Positions 50,336-63,733 of a DNA stretch of 64,000 nt are shown here, in pieces. A program made the position numbers and the translations under genes. This stretch comes from Callorhinchus milii (Eukaryota). Location of the stretch: contig NW_024704743.1 in the NCBI RefSeq assembly GCF_018977255.1, positions 103,294,001-103,358,000 of the forward strand. Direction: 5' to 3'. Each line of letters opens with the position of its first letter. The stretch's first letter is position 1. Below the pieces are notes generated by a model that saw nothing but the letters and a program-made list of their open reading frames with translations, searched no databases and was not told where the DNA came from.

Positions 50336-51699
50336 CTCTGCTTCTCCGTTGCTCAGCATCCAACCCCGCCACTGTGCAAGCTCCAAGACATTATCCCGTG
50401 TGAAGGGCATAATATAACCTGCTATTGGAATACAAAAGAGTTGAGATTATGAAATAATGAAACAATTATGTTTGTTTTGTTCGATTTCAATTGAAATATA
50501 TTTGCCGAGTTACCTACTTTTCAAAAAGAATATATAACTAATGGAAATACTGTGTACATGTTTGCCTACTGATAACAAATTGTTTGAATTATATTGAATG
50601 AATTATGACTAACTACACTAACAAGAAAAGAATTATCAAATGCAATACTCCATCAACGAACAAATAAGCTAGTGTTTTTAACTGAGACATTATTAAGTGA
50701 ATTTTGCACTGCATCTTCAGAGCTTTATGAAAGAAATGGTAATGTTTTATTCATTGTATTTTTTGTCCTTCTTTAAACTTCTAGGGCAAGGGACTTCTCT
50801 TGCTGCTACGTGTGGAGACTTTGACGATGTGCTTTTATAATCCCATTATAAGTGCACATCATAAAGGCCTTAGTGGGAAGCAGAACATCAGCATCCCAGG
50901 AACAATTCCATGTGCAATTATTTCATGCTAACCCACATCCATATCTGAAAAGATGTTATTTAAGAATTTGCTAAATTCTAACATTACTAAGAAAATCTAC
51001 ACCCAGGTGGAATTTCTACTCTCTGATGCTGCCACACATGTTGACCATGAGGTTTATATAGTAATATTATGAGTAATTTTGCACAGAGGTGTAACAATCT
51101 AAAGCTTAACCTTGGCGACAGACAAATACATCATAATTCTTTAAACTTTGATTTAAAAAAGGGAGCACAAATGGTGACAGTTCCTCTTTAAAGTGAGACA
51201 ATTGTGCTAACCTCAAACCTGCCATTCCACAGAGTTCAAACTAGGCAAAACTCCATGATAAATAATTCTGCTGAACTAAATCCAATAGTTAATCAAATAA
51301 AGCATAATTTAGTTTAATGTGAATAGGTTGCCTGTGACAGTGTCAAATCACCATGAAATATTCCTATGAAATTCAATAGTATAAGAAAATTAAAATGAGA
51401 AAAAAAAGCTAATATCTTACACTGTCACTATTCCCCAACTTCTGCCTTTAGGACCTATAATAATAAGCTGATTTGATAGCAAAAGGAAGGCTGTGATAGC
51501 ATGCCCCAGAAGTATTCTTTAAATTTCTCACTTTGTCAGAGCAAAAGCAGGACTCAGTGACATTTAACACAGATACACATCATGCAGGAGGAGAAAACAA
51601 GGGATGAAAACTGTAGTGTTTCATAACAGATTCAATAATTATTGATCATGTTATCAAAACTGTTATAAAACATCACAGTTTTTCTATCCAGTCCTAAAG

Positions 51700-51985
51700 T
51701 ATGACACTCATGATATGAATGACCAATTTTATCTGGGATTCCATAATCAGGTCACATTCAATTTTTAATAAGGAATCCCGATAGAATTCCCATTGACCCA
51801 AACGCACGCTGGGAGAAACTCCCTTCTCTTTTCAAATAGGATCGTGGGTTCTCTAACATCTACCTTAATAGATTGGACCTTGATTTAACATCTCATCTGA
51901 CAGTTTGGCACGTCAAGCAAAACAGTTCACTGCCAGCGCTGCATTGGAGTATCCGCCTGGACGATGAGATCAAAGTCCCAATAGG
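51700..51985 (-). mobile_element. Deu-domain SINE fragment
   Basis: GGGAGAAACTCCCTTCTCTTTTCAAATAG...TTTAACATCTCATCTGA...GCTGCATTGGAGT. Confidence 0.65.
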
Positions 51986-53117
51986 TTCAGCATGAACGAC
52001 ATTGGCAAAATCATTATATCTCTTCTTCTATAGATTGATTGCACTGAATTAATGTTTAGGATAACGCAAGCAGAAACTATCCCCCACGAGGTGGCTACAC
52101 AACCCTCCTGGGTAAATGTTTTCCACATTTTCAGCTCCCAGTACTTGTCATTTATTTTAAAAAAATCTGAGATCAGTGTTTTTTTGGTAAGTTTTAGACT
52201 CTAGAGAGTGACTTGGGAAATCCTCCTGACGTGAACGACGCTATACAAATGTAATTTGTTGTTGAAGAGAGACATCCAGGCATTTTTTTATTTGATTTGT
52301 AAGAAATTGTTTTTGGCTGACACAGCAGATTTCCTCCCTCCTCAGAAGATCGATACTAGAAAATAAATGTTCAGGAAAAAAAAAAGTTGAGTGGTAATTT
52401 GTAAGGCCTAAAATTTACAAAACAGAATTTGCCTGCCTCAGATTCAAAGTAAAATGGCAGGCACTGGAAGCAAAAAATAAACCACTTGCTTGGAGGAGTG
52501 TGCTTCCATCTGGTGGGGAAGAGTTAAAATGGGCATTACTGAAGGAACATCACAAACCTTGCCTCATTCATTCATAAATTGCCACCAACCCAGTTACACT
52601 CAGTGCGATGCAAATTTTAAACTGCAGTAGTACCTTATAATGCTGATGAGAATCTTGATTTCTCTTTGAATCGAACAAGTGACTGATTTTATGTGTGGTC
52701 AGTAAATGCTTGGAAGCATGTACACAATACTATGGAATTGTCTCATCTGGTATATGTACCTTCGAAGATATGGAGTGGGGCAATTTGTAAAATCATATCA
52801 TAAAATGCAAATTATCCCCCTCCTGCACCACGACACATTAATTTAAGGTTAAAAGTTCTTGTTTGTCCTTCACTGGAAGTCATTGTATGATCATGATTTG
52901 TACAGTTTACGCTTAAAATTAAAATTTAGGCATTAAGATTGTGCAAAATTGTAGCAAAAGGTTTTCATTCTTAATTTAGAAGCTTTTTTTTTGCAGCTCC
53001 TTACAGAACTGGCTTTTAAGTTAAGACTGATCTTAAAATTTAAGACAAAATAGTCTTACAGGCTGAAGCGAGGTGAAATTTCTGGCCTTATATTTATTTC
53101 CATTCTATTCTGTAGAT

Positions 53118-53922
53118 GAATGTGGACAAGATGGAAGCCATACTCTTTGGCTCCGTCAATGTTTTCACTGCTGCAGATCTAAACTCCTCAACCTCCCTGG
53201 GCTCTCCCTTAGACTCACCGAACCAATGCGCAATCTAGGCATCCAGTTCGACCCCAAGCTACCCTTCCTCCCCTACATCCGGTCCATGACCAGGACTGCC
53301 TTCCTCCACCTCATGCTTCCTACTGTACCTTATCCCAAACGCAGCCGAAACCTTCATACATGCTTTTGTCAACCTTCTGCCTGGATTACTCAAACACACA
53401 TCATCACCAGTCTCCCCAGCTCCACTGTTCAAAAAATCCAGCTCATTCAGAACTCTGCCACCCGCATCGTGATCCAAACCAAACTCCATACTCCCATCTA
53501 ACCAGTTCTGGCCCGGCTCCACTGGCTCTGCATCACTGAACGGATCGACTTCAAGATCTTCACACCCGTGTTCAAATCGCTTCGCTTTCTGGCACCTCCC
53601 TACCTCTCCGACCTCCTCATTCCCCAATCCACCACCTCTGCCTCCACTCGACTGGCACTGGCCTCCTGCTCGTCCCTCGCACACTCTGCTCCACCATTGG
53701 AGGTCGTGCTTTCAGCCACTACCCCCCAAAACTTTGGAAAACTCTCCCTCAAACCCTCTCTCCCCTTTATCAAGTCCGCCTTAAAACCTTCCTTTTCAAC
53801 CGTACTTACGGTCACCTCCCCACCCCCTCCCAATTGCCTCGAAGTCAGGCTCTGCCATTGTTAAGCTCTCTGAGAAGCTGTCCTGCATGGAGGGTGCTAT
53901 ATAAGTGCAAGTTGTTGTTGTT
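53118..53922 (+). mobile_element. L2 LINE 3' portion (older lineage)
   Basis: MRNLGIQFDPKLPF, IQLIQNSATR, LARLHWL, RIDFKI; (TTG)n tail. Confidence 0.9.
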
Positions 53923-55345
53923 CTATTACCAAGCACCGAATTTTGAAACATGATAATCTTTCATAATTGTTATTAACTGGCTCAAGTCCTTTTCATTGGT
54001 AACAGGTAAAATGATAACATGACTCTCCAGAGAAATTAAGTTGCTGAGATTTAACTCAACAAAACTACCATTGTGAGTACAATCATTGTAACTGCTGCTA
54101 TTTCACGCACAATAATCATTTAACCATGTTAAATGCAATCAAACCTCTCAATTACTCATACATGATAAATAAGTTGGAATGTTTTATTGTTTGATTCATG
54201 AAAAATTCATCTGGACTTCCCCAGAGTGTCTAAAAGAATGTCTGTTATTTTTTTGTTGGAAATCTATTGTACTTCACCCTCCTCCACCCAGCAGTCCACA
54301 CAAGTTCTATTCGCTCAGTTGGTAAAATTCGATCTACACTTTACAGTAAATTCTGTGTAGCACTTTGAGACACATTCCTGATATGAAAGGTGCTATAAAT
54401 ATCATCATCTTTATTATAAATTGTTCAAGAAACACTCCACTGGAAGAAAATGGAAGCAGTGGTAAGGAAAGAGGTGCGACAAATACACACACTAACATAT
54501 TATAACTTCATTGTGAAAATTAGAGCTGGAGCTGTTTGTTAATAGATGTGATAATTGTTGCATTGAATCTGTTACAAAGCACTGCATTTTTCATTCCAGT
54601 ATGTGTGAGAATGCTGAAGCCCAGTAATTTTTAGCAATATTATGAGGGTATAATTTAATATGAAGCTAAAGTTTATCCTGACTCTTATGGCCATTTAATG
54701 ATGAATGGATACCTTGTAAGATTAAAAACTAGACAGCAAATTTCCATATCTATAGCTTTGCCACTGCTCACTATACCCTTATATTCATATCTTGTATATC
54801 CTGTTGACCTGGATTACAGCTGATCTTTTGCTGCCTAAAAAAAAAGCTGAATAAAAGCAAAGCTTTCAGACATAATTATTTCTATGTCTTCTCCAAATGA
54901 TGACACAGACACTTGTATTGGGTTTGAGTAGGGATTTGTCTTCATTAACTGGACTTCAGCACCGGCATACGAAAGAATATTCGAATTATCAGATAGATGA
55001 TTCTATCTTTATGGCTCCCAGCATGCCTGGTCCTCAAAATGATTAAAATCCTTAATTTGCTCAGTCTTCCCTTTTTCGTGCATGCCAGTTGCTTTCAAGT
55101 AACACCACACGATTTGTCTAATCATTTCTCCAACTTCTTCCAATCTTGGTGGTTCCTTTTGCTAGGAATCTTGGTCATTCATCGAGATTTCTCATTTCAC
55201 AATAACTTCATCCACAGCAATAGTATCTTGTAAGCATTGTTTTATTCCTTCTGCTTCTTTAACTATGGGTTTCTTTTCTTCACCAACTAGTCAATAGTCA
55301 ACATCTTCCTTCGAGAGGAGGTGGGGGGAAAGATGAGGTAAGAAG

Positions 55346-55900
55346 CAACAGCGACAACAACAACTTCCATTATATAGCACCCTTCACATAAGTAACGTCT
55401 TGGAGTGCTTAACAACAGCATGGTTTGATACCGAGCTGGAAAGACAGGGGAGGTTATGCATGGTCGAATAGTAACGTGTTTAGGGGTGATTTGAAGAGTG
55501 GCAAAGATCAAGCAAGATGGAGAGATTGAGGCAGGGAGTTTCAAAGTTTCAGGGTGTAGCTCCTGAAAGCACAGCTGTTAATGGTGGAGTGGAGGGGACA
55601 AGGAACTGGGCCAGCTGAGCGAAGGCGGTAGGTAGTGGAGTGGGGTGTGAGCAGACCAGGGAGATAGGAAGGTGCCTGGATGTCAAGTGATTTGAAAGTG
55701 GGAGTGAGGATCGTGAAATCGATCCAATCTACAACAGGGAGCCAGTGGAGTTTGGCAAGAACTGGAGTGATGGGGGTGGGGAGCCTGGTACAGGTGAGAA
55801 GATGGACAACAGAGAGTTGTAATAATTTAGACCTTGTATATAGTGGAGCTAGAAACAGTACATTTGAAAAATCAAGGCAGGAGCTGACAAAAGCATAATT
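55346..55900 (-). mobile_element. Old L2 3' portion
   Basis: ITPVLAKLHWLP...IDF.IL on minus; ACAACAACAACTTCCATTATATAGCACC tail. Confidence 0.8.
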
Positions 55901-56069
55901 AGAGTTTTTCCCGAGCAGGGACTCCTAGGAGCAGAGCTGAACTGGCTCAAGGTGATATGCTTCCATTTCCAATCGTTACAGCAAGTGCTCAATGTGACAC
56001 AAGGCAAGTTATTGGATTACTAGTGGACTAGAAAGACATCCTTTTAAATAAAAGTACAAGAGAAAGGAA

Positions 56070-56360
56070 ACTTGGTGATGTAGTGCATTTGAACAAATTC
56101 TATCACCTCTAGGTTTGGATTCAAATCTAACTTAAACTAATGGAATGAAAGTCTCCTCTCGCCAAATACTCCCAGGGTCTCAAGAAAAATATGACTGGTC
56201 AGTCTCAATCCATTTCCTGCTGAAAGTAACACATACAACAGAAAGAATATATGCTAAAATTATAGTTTTATTCAGAAAAAACAGTGGTTTGGCTGGAAGG
56301 GGGGTAATTATGCACTCGGGAATGAATGACATGGGAGTGAGAGGTTATGGGATCAATGCC
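56070..56360 (+). mobile_element. LF-SINE-like relic
   Basis: TCACCTCTAGGT...TTCAAATC...GAAAGTC...GTCTCAATCCATTTCCT collinear with recalled LF-SINE motifs; heavily diverged. Confidence 0.5.
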
Positions 56361-57242
56361 TGATTTTCACATTTGATGCAGCTTCAGTATGAAACCCAGC
56401 TAATTTGTTCATACCATGGAGGTAGTATTACAGACAAGCTCCACTTAATGATTAGAATAATTTTACAGAAGCCAGCAGTCAGGGAGAGCAGGAAAATTGT
56501 GGGGAAGGGGATCCAGGGACAGGGACGTGGGAGACAGAACTACATAAGGGGGAAAATCAATGGCACAACCTCATCTAATTTTCTCTATTTATTTCATATA
56601 TCCCTTTGAACACAAACTAACACAAGCCTATTCAAATTCTCCTGTGGTCTTATCTGAAAGAAGGAAATTTGCCCCCAAGTATCTTATAGCGAGATTGAAA
56701 AATATTTCGGCAATTATAACTATTTTCATCCATTAATGTGCCTGATCCAATTTCAATCAATAAAAAAACTGATTTATGTTGTTTTTCATCCTTAGCATTG
56801 TCAGAAGCCTTTGAAATTCATCAATTACAGTCTTCAGAGTATTGCTGATCTGGCAAACTTCCCGTTGCTTGTCTGACTAGGACTACCTACCCATTGGAGC
56901 TTGGGCTTGCCGGGATAACAGAAGCTGAGTGTGAAGAATCCCTGCCCCAGTAATCAGTTGGCTACTCCAAGTACTGTGATAAGGCAGGCAGGCTGGTCTG
57001 TCATCTGCTGTGCCCTGGAATACTGTGGACCTGCCTAGCTCAGGATCTGTACTACCGGGACCGCCACCAAGATCTGGCTTGATTCTGACATTCTGTTGCA
57101 AAGCACATGACCATAGAGAGAACATGCATTCCATTATGGAAACAGGAAAATTTCCATGTGTTGGTGGTATACTTTTGTGGAACAATCAGCCTGGTTTGGA
57201 TATGCTTAAGAACAAACGTTGATGGGTTTCCACATGTGTCAG

Positions 57243-57244
<2 letters not shown>

Positions 57245-57297
<53 letters not shown>

Positions 57298-57606
57298 CCT
57301 TGCATTTGATATAGCGCTTTTCATGTCGGGAGGACGTCCCAAAGCGCTTCACAGAACACACTGTAAAGTGAATTGACTGTATATTTGTGGGCGAACGCGG
57401 CAGCCAATTGCGCACAGCAATGTCCCACAAACAGTCGTAGATTGAAAATGACCAATTTATTATTGTTTATGGTTTTGGAGGGAATATTATTATTAGGCTC
57501 TGTGTGGAGTAAGGAAACTTGCCCAAGGTTTCACCCTCTGCCTGGAATTGAACTCAGGTCTCTCAGTTGCAAAGCGAGTGCTCTAACCACTGAGCTACAG
57601 GACTCC
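57245..57606 (-). mobile_element. Young SINE, short form, long (TTA)n tail; 3' unit of tandem pair
   Basis: Complete copy with GGGACGTCCTCCCGAC-type tail. Confidence 0.95.
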
Positions 57607-57610
57607 TACA

Positions 57611-57924
57611 AATAATAATCCTTGCATTTGATATAGCGCTTTTCACATCGGGAGGACGTCCCAAAGCGCTTCACAGAACACACACTGTAAAGTGAATTGA
57701 CTGTGTATTTGTGGGCAAACGCGGCAGCCAATTGCACACAGCAATGTCCCACAAACAGTCGTAGATTGAAAATGACCAATTTATTATTGTTTATGGTTTT
57801 GGAGGGAATATTATTATTAGGTGTGTGGAGTAAGGAACTTGCCCAAGGTTTCGCCCTGCTTGGAATTGAACTCAGGTCTCTCGCTTGCAAAACGAGTGCT
57901 CTAACCACTGAGCTACAAGACTCC
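57611..57924 (-). mobile_element. Young SINE, short form; 5' unit of tandem pair
   Basis: Complete copy separated from the previous one by 4 bp. Confidence 0.95.
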
Positions 57925-58309
57925 ACAACCATATCTGGTTGACCAAAATAAAATCATACTTGCTGCAAACTTATTATCATGCAAGTTTCCATATTTTCAT
58001 ATTTATGGGCTTTCTCATTCATAGATGGAAGCAAAATGTATATTTTCTGTAAACTCCATCATTCATTTTCCTGTATCTGCCATTAACTGGAGATTTTTTT
58101 TGTTTTGATAATGATTACCTTTTGCTATGTTACAGCAATGATATTTGATTTAAAAATGAAAGCAAAATTTCATTGGCAAGAATCAGTATTTTCCTGAATA
58201 TAATAGATTTTATAATGTTTTTAAATCCAAAACAAAGCTTAGATTCATTAGTTCATTTAATTAAACCTTACACTTCACTCTCTTCCACCATCTTCCCAGT
58301 CACTTTTCC

Positions 58310-60545
58310 ACAATCCGGTGTTCAACTGAAGAAAGTTTGCTCTCATCCAAGACTTGATGTCTGACAGACATTCTGTCAGGAAAACAGTAGTCCTGGAGTC
58401 AAGGGTGGAGGCAGAGAGATACAGTTGGGTGTCATCTGCAAATATATGGAAGTTGACCCCATGTCTGCGGATGATGTCACCAAGAGGGAGCATATAGATA
58501 TTGAAGAGGAGGGGACCAAGGATAGAGCTCTGAGGAACGCCGCACGAGACCTTGTGGGGGATAGAGGAGAAATCGTTTGTGGAGATGAAGTGGAGGCAGT
58601 GTGAGAGGTATGATCTGAATGAGTCAAGGACAGAATTGTGAAGGCTGACGTGAGAGGAGAGGCCATGGATGAGTATACAGTGGTCAATGGTGTTGAAGGC
58701 AGCAGAGAAATAAAGGAGGACGAGGAGACAGAGGGAGCCCTGGTCGCAGATGGACAGAATGTCATTTGTTACTTTGATCAGGTCTGTATCTGTGCTTTGG
58801 GTGGCAAGGAAACCCGAGTGGAGGGGTTCGTGAAGGGAGTGGCGGGAGAGGAGGGAGTGAAGTGGGAAGCAACGACTCGTTCAGGACCTTGGAGAGAAAA
58901 GGGTGGTTGGAGATAGGGTGGTAGTTTGAGAGAAGTAACGGGTCGAGGGAGGGTTTTTTTTCAGGATAGGAGTGATGACGGCCATTTTTAAAGGTGTGGG
59001 TACGGTGTCAGTGGACAGGGAGAGGTTTATGATGTCTGTGAGTAGAGAGGTAAGGAGGTGGAGCTGGGAGGTAAGGAAAGGACTAGGGATGGGGTCGAGG
59101 GAGCAGGTGGGGGGGTTTTGATGCAGGTAATAGTGGTGATGAGAGAGGAGTGGGAGACAAGTTTGAAGGTGTGGAGGAAGTGATGGGTAGGGGCCAGGGT
59201 GTGAGGGGGAAATGGGGAGGTGGTAGTAGACAGAAGGGCAGAAGCAGCTGAGCAGATCCCCTTGACTTTGGATTCGAGGAGGTCCAGCATCACCTCGCAT
59301 TTGGCATTGGAGGTGAGGATGGGCGAGGCGTGAGAGGGTGGGTGGCGCAGTCAAGTTGGTGATGGAGAAGAGGAGCCTGGAGATTTTTATCCAGGAACGG
59401 TAGGAGATGGAGATACATTGGGTGGGTGGGGAAAGGGATTCAGGAGCTAAGAGAGATGAAGTGATGTCCGAGATCGCTTTGTCGATGATGGTGAGGTCCG
59501 AGATGGTGAGGTGCCAAATGATCACCAGGTTAAGGGGGGGACTGCGACCTCAGTGGTGGAGTGGAATATGGAGGGAGAGGTTGAGGGAGGAGATAAGGGA
59601 GGAGAAGTCAGCAGAAGTAGAGCAGGAGGGTGTGAAGTGAAGGTTGAAGTCGCCTAGGATGAGGAGGCGTTCGGAGCAGAGGGAGAGGGAAGATAGGAGG
59701 GCGGAGATATCAGGGAGGAAGGTGAGGGAGGGCTTGGAGGGGCGATGGATAAGGAGAATTTTGAGGGAAAGAATGGAGGGTTGATAAAGGGTACGGTACT
59801 CAAAGAAGGGGAAGGTTCCAGAGGAGTAAGGGGATAGGCCGAGCGGGGACCGGGAGATGAGAGCCACACCACCGCCATGGTGGTTAGGTTGTGTGGTAGG
59901 ATGGAAGGTGTAGCCAGGTGGTGTGGCCTCTGTCAGGGGGAAGGTGTTGCCTGGAGTGATCCAGGTTTCAGTGAGGGCGAGAATGTCTATGTGAGGGAAC
60001 GGACATTTTGTAGGCCGATGCGGAGGGGACAGTTGGTGGCAGAATGTGGGGGACGGGCTGGGTGGTGTGGAGAGGATTGACAGGGAGGGTGGGAATGTGG
60101 ATGAGGGAGGAGAGGTTGGCTCCCGTGGTCAGGGACCGATGGGCCTTGCGGCGAGAATGGGAGATATTGCAGTCAGAATGGCTGCTGATGGACAGCCAGC
60201 GGCGTCTGCCAAGGTGGATCCGATGGAGGATTCGCAGGCTGGAGCAGAGGGAGGCTATGGGACGGTCGAGCAGGGATAGGAGTCGGGGAGGGCGGTGGGA
60301 CAGGAGGACTGAGCGGCGAGTAGGGAAGCAGCTCGGGTCTGTGGCAGCAGTCAAAATGTGCACGCCGAGACTTAGAGCAAACTTGGGGTTGGGGGTTTAG
60401 TGAGGCATGGTTAGCTCACTGGCGTGGATCATAATGGAGAGAGGGGGACAATCTTTTATTCCCAGTGAGTCCAGGCTGAGAAACTCAAAGGTGGCGGGCG
60501 GATTTGCTATCACACGGCAGCCGGTCTCGTTAAATAGGAAGTTTT
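58310..60545 (-). mobile_element. L2 LINE 5' and central part (AP endonuclease plus RT), 3' end missing
   Basis: RIHLGRRR and GANLSSLIHIP leader, ALTETWI, HGGGVAL, IHRPSK, LILGDFNL, LKMAVITPILKK, FADDTQLY; many frameshifts; internal deletion at about 59380. Confidence 0.93.
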
Positions 60546-61906
60546 AAAACTTACAGGTTTCTGTGGTACAGACACAGTGGACCGAATGGCCTTCTATGCT
60601 ATGTTTGGCAACGTTATATTTTCCACTATTTTAAGGAAAGTGCAATATATTTTGCCCCACATTACTACTTTTGGCAATTCCAAGATTTTGAAAGCAACTT
60701 GTTTTGGAAGTTGTTTGACAGAATAGCTTTATTTTTTATTAGAACTTAAGAGTTTATTTTGTTCAAGCAAAATGTCACATTTTTATGTAAAGGAGACAAG
60801 TGGAAATGCAATGAGGTTGAGACACTTAGCTCAGCCTTCCAAAAATCTGTAAAAGCTTCAACATACACACAAAAGTTGTGAAAACAGCCCTTTTGTGGCA
60901 CTTCTTGGCTCTTTTCACAGTGGCTGTTACATCAGAACTAAAACAAAGTGACAATTAGATGGTTTAACATGAGAAGGCTGAAAGATTATAATATATTTTA
61001 ACATCTGAAACCCTTGTAAATCTTCATACTTTTGACACCAACAGACTCCAACTTAGTGCAATTTCTGACACCTTGTTGCCAGTTTGCACAAAGATAACTC
61101 ATAGAGCTATGTATTTACTTATCACTGTCTTTTATTTCTAACAGGTAACAAAATGTGAGCGCCAAATTTGATTAGCAGTGTGCAGTGTTAATATGATTTA
61201 GCGTTATGTAAACAATAATTTTTTCCATGATTGATTCTCTGTCCTTTCCCATATGCTGATGTTAAAGGATTCCTGGATGCTACAAAAACTGAGCAGTGCA
61301 ATTATACAAGGTACCGTCTCTGCATCAAACTCTGTTATTGTTCAGCGCTCCATCTAGTAATCCAAGACACTCACTGCAAGATAGGTGCTATATAAATGCA
61401 AGTTATTGTGGTGTTAGTACAGAATGTTACTTAGGTTCTGTATTCCCTGCAGCATGTGTCAGCTTGACTTTCACAGTAAAAATAAAGCCTCTGATTTTGA
61501 CAAATGGCCACATGTTTATAAAAAAATACTAAATTTGCTCAGTTTGAACAACACAGCCTTTCCTATTCTTAATTCAGGAGTTATCAGTATTTTAATAAAA
61601 CATGCTTCATTTTACAACCTGGAGGCCTGAAATTCCAACATTACCTAGTAATAACCTGGAAGATTATTTTGCCTAAATAGAGCAGATTATTTTGTACAAA
61701 ATTCTTAAATTCACTCTTAATTTCAAGGCCTGTTATTTTTAAAAACTGCAGACAAACAGCTTCCCAAAAAATTAATAGAAATTAAAGAATTTTCCACAAT
61801 TCTATGTGATCCAAACGTATCAACAATTGGACCATGGTTTCCTTATCTCCAGTTGTAAGATTCCAAATTTTCTAATTTAACATTTCGAGTCCTGGAGCTC
61901 CCCAAT

Positions 61907-62237
61907 GGAGTTCTGCAGCTCAGTGGTTAGAGCACTCGCCTCGCAAGTGATCCCCGGCAGTGGGAAACTTTGGGAAAGCTTCCTTACTCCACACGCTTCT
62001 GTTTACCAAGCAGTAAGTAGGAACCCAGCTGTTAGTCAATCAGCAGATCGCTTTTCCAGTGGTAATAATTTATTTTAAAAAAAATTGGTCACTTCAATCC
62101 ACGACTGTTTGCGGGACATTGCTGTGTACAATTGGCTGCCGCGTTTCGTCCACAAAATATACAGTCGATTCACTATATTCTGTGAAGCGCTTTGAGACGT
62201 CGCGAAGACATGATAAGGCGCTATATCAAATACAAGG

Positions 62238-62269
<32 letters not shown>

Positions 62270-62270
62270 C
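61907..62270 (+). mobile_element. tRNA-derived SINE, long form, B box partly deleted
   Basis: GCAAGTGA joined to TCCCCGGCAG; preceded by a stray head-like 14-mer GAGTCCTGGAGCTC at 61887. Confidence 0.9.
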
Positions 62271-62614
62271 TTAATTGTAAGATAAAAGCTCCTACATGCT
62301 ATTGGTTAGTTGTGATTTCAGGGCTTGAATAAGATGTAATTATGTGAACCATATATATTTGCTTCATGTTAATGCTTACATTATTTTCATTGTGATTTTT
62401 GATTATTTGCCTATCATTTCTTTATCATAATAATATAATATTCACTGGTTGATCATCACATATGCTGCTCTTAACTGATAGTTTCTGAGAATTCACGTCA
62501 CTTGCCATAAAAACAATGTAAAAATGTTCCAAGGCCTTTTCCACAAGAAGGCAAGAGAGGGTCAAACAAAGACTTACGATGGAGAAAGGAAAAGATGTGC
62601 CATTGGACTTCGCC

Positions 62615-63733
62615 TTTAGTCCTCGGAACGTCTGGTGCAGCATTCCTCAGGGCTCTGTCCTTGGTCCCCTCCTCTTCAATATCTATATGCTTCCTCTTGG
62701 TGACATCATGGCGCAGACATGGGGGTCAACTTCCACATGTATGCGGATGACACCCAACTCTAGCTCTCTGCCTCCACCCTTGACTCCAGGACCACTGCTG
62801 TCCTGACAGAATGTCTGTCAGACATGAATTCCTGGATGAGACCTAACTTTCTGTAGTTGAACGTCAATAAGACCGAGACTCTCCTGATTGGCTCCCGTCA
62901 GCGCCTCCTCACCTCAGAAGCTGACAGCATCACCATCCATTGGTGGCACTCTCCACCTTGCTAAGCCAGTCCGGAACCATGGGGTCTTGTTTGACCCTCA
63001 ACTATCCTTTCTACCCCACATCTGCGCCATTAATCGCTTTGCCTTCCCCCACCGCCGCATTGTCGCCAAGCTCCGACACTGTCTAACACCGCAGGCTGCC
63101 GAAACCCTCACACATGCTTTCATTACATCGAAGCTTGACTATGCAAACTCATTGCGTGTCGGTCTCCCCAACTCCTCCCTCCACAGGCTGCAGATCATCC
63201 AGAACTCTGCAGCCCGTGTCCTTTCCCGCACTAGGCTCCGTGACCCTATTACCCCATCCTCGCCCAAGTCCATTGGCTAACCATCACACAGAGGATATAT
63301 TTCAAGATCCTGGTCTTCACCTTCAAAGCCCTCCACGGTCTTGCCCCCCCCCCCCCCCCCCACCTCTCTGACCTCCTAACCCCCTACCATTCTGTTTGTT
63401 CCCTCCACTCAGCGGGCTCTGGCCTGCTTCACATCCCCCGCCTTGCTCGCCCCACTATTGGTGGGCGGGTCTTCCGCCACTCTGCCCCCACCCTCTGGAA
63501 CTCCATCCCGCAGTCCCTCCGTCTCGCCTGCTCCCTCGCCACCTTCAAGACCCATCTCAAGACCCTCCTGTTCGACCGTGCTTTCGATCTCTCTGCTTCC
63601 CCCCCTGCACTCCACCCTCCCCCACCCCGACCTCCAGCTCGGGTCTATAACTCTGTCTGTCCAGTGCCTTGGGACGTCCTCCCGATGTGAAAGGCGCTAT
63701 ACAGAAGTAATTGCGTTTTTGTTTTTGTTGTTG
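62615..63733 (+). mobile_element. L2 LINE 3' 1.1 kb (intermediate lineage)
   Basis: IPQGSVLGPLLFNIYMLPLGDI, YADDTQ, AFITSKLDYANS, HLKTLLFDRAF, 3' stem-loop and TTG tail. Confidence 0.95.

Noticed and set aside
50880..50940. NCTW motif on minus suggesting the upstream CUB exon
   Set aside because: Stop codon two codons upstream; no SPGFP or FQSF context.
57215..57245. TCGNPS on minus resembling a Sushi domain start
   Set aside because: Lies upstream of the CUB1 exon, abuts a SINE tail, and the following residues lack Sushi cysteines and tryptophan.
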